A stretch of 56,224 nucleotides of DNA, from positions 1 through 56,224 of the IMG/VR virus record IMGVR_UViG_3300020045_004866; one strand, 5' to 3'. Both the position numbers and the translations under genes were made by a program. The notes beneath the pieces are model-generated. The model did no database searches, was not told the origin of the DNA, and worked only from the letters and a program-made list of their open reading frames with translations. This document shows, piece by piece, positions 53,715 through 56,224 of this stretch. The DNA is from a virus. Its lineage: Duplodnaviria; Caudoviricetes. How positions within the stretch are numbered: position 1 is the stretch's first letter; every line of letters starts with the position of its first letter.

Positions 53715-55256
53715 TTAAAATTTAATTGTCATTGCGCCTAAACTGCCTTTGCAAGCCAGTTGTACGATTAAAATCGATTGTTCCTCACTAATTCCAAAAT
53801 CGATAAGCAGTTTTTTAACCTCAGATTTTATCGCTGTTCTGTGCGCGGTATTTGCGGCACGTTCTTTTTCGATAGCGGCTTGCTTATCGGCTTCTGCTTG
53901 TACTCGTTTGCGTTCGTCTTCAACGGCTTGCAATCTGTCTTTTTCTGCTTTTTCCAGTGCGGCAACACGTTTATTTTCATCATCAATCAACCGCTTTTTT
54001 TCCAGTTGTTCAGCTTGTTCTTTAGCAATCCGTGCTGATTCAATCGCCTGTTGTTCGCGCTGTTCGGCTTCGGCTTTCTCACGTTCTGCTTTTTCCAGTG
54101 CGTATTTGCTTTCCTGTTCAGCGGCTAAACGACCTTGTTCAATCAATTCGGCTTCACGCGCTAAACGGTCTTTTTCGTCTTGCTCAGCTTGCTTGGCTTT
54201 TGCTGCTTCGGCTTTTTCTTTATCAAAATCAAACTTGTCATTCAAAAAATGAGCTTCATCCCACAATAATGAAAAAAACCGTTCATTTTCTATTCGTTCG
54301 ACTTCCGCGCGGTCATCACGCTCTTTTTTGTCTGCAATATCTTTTTGCACTTGCTCGTACTCTGTAAGCGGTGCGCGGTGCATTGCCGCAATTTCACGAA
54401 CCCCAGCTTCAAACTGCTTTCTAAAATTAAGGTCATCGGCGATTACTTTCTTTGCTGATGATGCAAGGTTTTTGCTTTCATTAAGCGCAGGGGAAATGCA
54501 CTTTATGATTGTTGCAGCGTGACTTCTGCAAGCTTCACGCCCTTTTTCAGTAGACATATCGAACACACCAACATTCGCTGCTTGCGCTCTGATTTTATCA
54601 ACCAGATTTTCAGGAGTGTGCAGATTTAACGCTACTTCGCTAATATCCAGCGTGATAGCGGGTAGGTTAATAATCGGTGTGATAACGTGGCTTTGCAAGT
54701 CAATATCAAATTGTTTCCAACCATCAATTAGTGCGTTTTTATCATTGTCATTAAGGTAAAACTCACACTGCTCCTTATTTTCTTCCGTGCCGTCCGATAC
54801 CACGAAAATTACTTTTTCGGCTTTTGTGACTAGCAATTGCTGTACTAATTGCCATTTGTGACTATCTGGAACAAGACCGTCTTTTACTAAACCAGCTAGG
54901 CTTTCATTCCACAGTTTATGTTCAAAAAGTGTCTTGCCATCGTTAGTTAAGCCGTCCAGTGATGCCAACAAATAAACTCCGTCCATTGTCTCAGACACAG
55001 TAAGCGGATAAAGCTCATCGCCAATTTGCTCCTCGATAATCTTACGCGCTAGTTCTTCTGTGGCGTGTCCACGGTCAAATAATCGTTGATGGAACTCTGA
55101 GACTGGTTGTGGACTGCCTGATTTTTTCAAATCAAGCAATTGTGAGCGAGTCATATATCCTACACCCATCATTGCCCCAGCTTCGCTTGCGGTTCGGGCA
55201 GTGGTGCGTAGCTTTAACCACTCGTCAGTTCCTTGTTGCTCTTCATGTATTCTCAT
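53715..55256 (-). CDS. YqaJ / lambda-exonuclease-like recombinase with long coiled-coil C-terminus
   Basis: QGTDEW..R..TASE, RGH..E, ASLDGL, EHK, QLVQQL. Confidence 0.9.
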   Translation of the reverse strand: MRIHEEQQGTDEWLKLRTTARTASEAGAMMGVGYMTRSQLLDLKKSGSPQPVSEFHQRLFDRGHATEELARKIIEEQIGDELYPLTVSETMDGVYLLASLDGLTNDGKTLFEHKLWNESLAGLVKDGLVPDSHKWQLVQQLLVTKAEKVIFVVSDGTEENKEQCEFYLNDNDKNALIDGWKQFDIDLQSHVITPIINLPAITLDISEVALNLHTPENLVDKIRAQAANVGVFDMSTEKGREACRSHAATIIKCISPALNESKNLASSAKKVIADDLNFRKQFEAGVREIAAMHRAPLTEYEQVQKDIADKKERDDRAEVERIENERFFSLLWDEAHFLNDKFDFDKEKAEAAKAKQAEQDEKDRLAREAELIEQGRLAAEQESKYALEKAEREKAEAEQREQQAIESARIAKEQAEQLEKKRLIDDENKRVAALEKAEKDRLQAVEDERKRVQAEADKQAAIEKERAANTAHRTAIKSEVKKLLIDFGISEEQSILIVQLACKGSLGAMTIKF

Positions 55257-55257
55257 T

Positions 55258-55935
55258 TTATTTACTCCAGTTATTTAAAATGTGTTTCTCAACTTCATCT
55301 GTCACGATGTATTGAGTTTTTATTTTATTTATTACCGCCGTTGCTGGTGCTACGCCGTTGCGCCATTTGCTAATATTAGCGTCAACTTGCTCAGTCGTGT
55401 AGACAGGCAATGGCACAAGTGACGAATCAGCCCCATAATTTACCGTGTCTTTGCGGTTTAAGTTTGAACCGAACAGCGTGCCGAAATGGTCGCAAGCATC
55501 TTTAATTGCAACGGTCTTGGCAATCGGAAACGCCATTGATAACGCGCCGTTGTTGATGTTAGCTAAATCAGCAGGGCTAGTGCCTTTCGCGGTTTGTAGC
55601 TGTGCCGCGCCGATGCCGTCATGAAACAACCACTCTTGAGTTATCGGGTTTTTGTAGTGGATTCTAACCGTTACCCATACGCCATTGAACGCTGTCCCCT
55701 GACCAGTGATCTCAATTTTGTATTCCTTGAAAATCGCTTTTAACAGGTATTCAACCTTATCAGCTGGTAAATACAGGTAGTCACGAATAAACGGATGTTT
55801 TTTTACCCACTCAGGTTTGGGTTGCTGATTTAATAAAACCGTGTATTGCTCAAGCCGTGCGGCAGTCTCTAAATTATCGCTGTACAGGTCGGCAAGCGTG
55901 GGTAATGCGTTTTGCTGTGTTACCATTTCGTTCAT
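55258..55935 (-). CDS. Single-strand annealing protein (Rad52/Sak-like)
   Basis: YLP..VE.LL..IF, VTVR, DGIGA, A.T.AIKDA..FG..FG..LN; next to exonuclease and ssb. Confidence 0.7.
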   Translation of the reverse strand: MNEMVTQQNALPTLADLYSDNLETAARLEQYTVLLNQQPKPEWVKKHPFIRDYLYLPADKVEYLLKAIFKEYKIEITGQGTAFNGVWVTVRIHYKNPITQEWLFHDGIGAAQLQTAKGTSPADLANINNGALSMAFPIAKTVAIKDACDHFGTLFGSNLNRKDTVNYGADSSLVPLPVYTTEQVDANISKWRNGVAPATAVINKIKTQYIVTDEVEKHILNNWSK

Positions 55936-56123
55936 TTCGCCACCTCGTTTCTGTCAAGAAATTCACTAACCGCCAATGCGACAACGTGCATCTTTACCAA
56001 GTCAAACTTTTTACAGTGATTGTCGAGTCTGTCGAAGTCTTCATGGGTCAATGCCCCCATTACTTTTTTTGTCGGAATAAACCGTAATTTAGGTCTACCC
56101 GCGCCTTTTTTGTGTTCTGCCAT
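55932..56123 (-). CDS. Ribbon-helix-helix (Arc/CopG-like) regulator
   Basis: GAGRPK then strand-helix-helix ending AVSEFLDR; GGAG SD. Confidence 0.65.
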   Translation of the reverse strand: MAEHKKGAGRPKLRFIPTKKVMGALTHEDFDRLDNHCKKFDLVKMHVVALAVSEFLDRNEVAK

Positions 56124-56224
56124 TTTATAAACTCCCATGTTACCCGCCAGAATTTGACGGCATGGATAGCTTAACACAATGGCGATAATTATCAATAAAT
56201 ATATTTAATTATATTTAATTATCC

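Noticed and set aside
53715-54660. Long E/K/A coiled coil fused to exonuclease
   Set aside because: Such extensions are common in phage recombination modules; no additional signal
56184-56222. GATAATTATC palindrome and ATATTTAATT tandem near window end
   Set aside because: Plausible operator/promoter but low complexity and truncated by the window
1-56224. CRISPR array, diversity-generating retroelement, integrase or IS
   Set aside because: No regularly spaced repeats, RT, TR/VR pair, recombinase or transposase motifs seen; lifestyle cannot be determined
1-56224. Alternative genetic code
   Set aside because: Core genes are intact under the standard code and use all three stops

Overview
The window looks like most of a ~42% GC tailed-phage genome with podovirus-type organisation (no tape measure, sheath or tube gene recognised), probably infecting a gammaproteobacterium. 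Left end: truncated Toprim primase, VRR-NUC nuclease, short C5-methylase-like gene and Cro-like gene, then a rightward run of small early ORFs. From 56.1 kb leftward everything is on the minus strand: recombination and nucleotide genes (SSAP, YqaJ exonuclease, SSB, YopX, dUTPase), lysis (holin, GH24 lysozyme), TerS/TerL, portal, GroES, scaffold, capsid and tail/virion genes. These are followed by a moron with a KilA-N gene and tRNA(CAT) plus a degenerate tRNA, a 5024-aa polyvalent (DarB-like) protein, a second moron and a tail fibre. No integrase, polymerase, reverse transcriptase or CRISPR array was seen. Most unusual signals: (1) the tail fibre is saturated with N-X-S/T N-glycosylation sequons, suggesting a glycosylated fibre; (2) no GGCC site was found in 56 kb; (3) two near-perfect 20-bp palindromes bracket the portal gene; (4) a promoter/perfect-SD/terminator unit encodes only MKLR; (5) structured leader RNAs precede both morons. 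All functional calls come from motif recognition by eye; no database searches were run.
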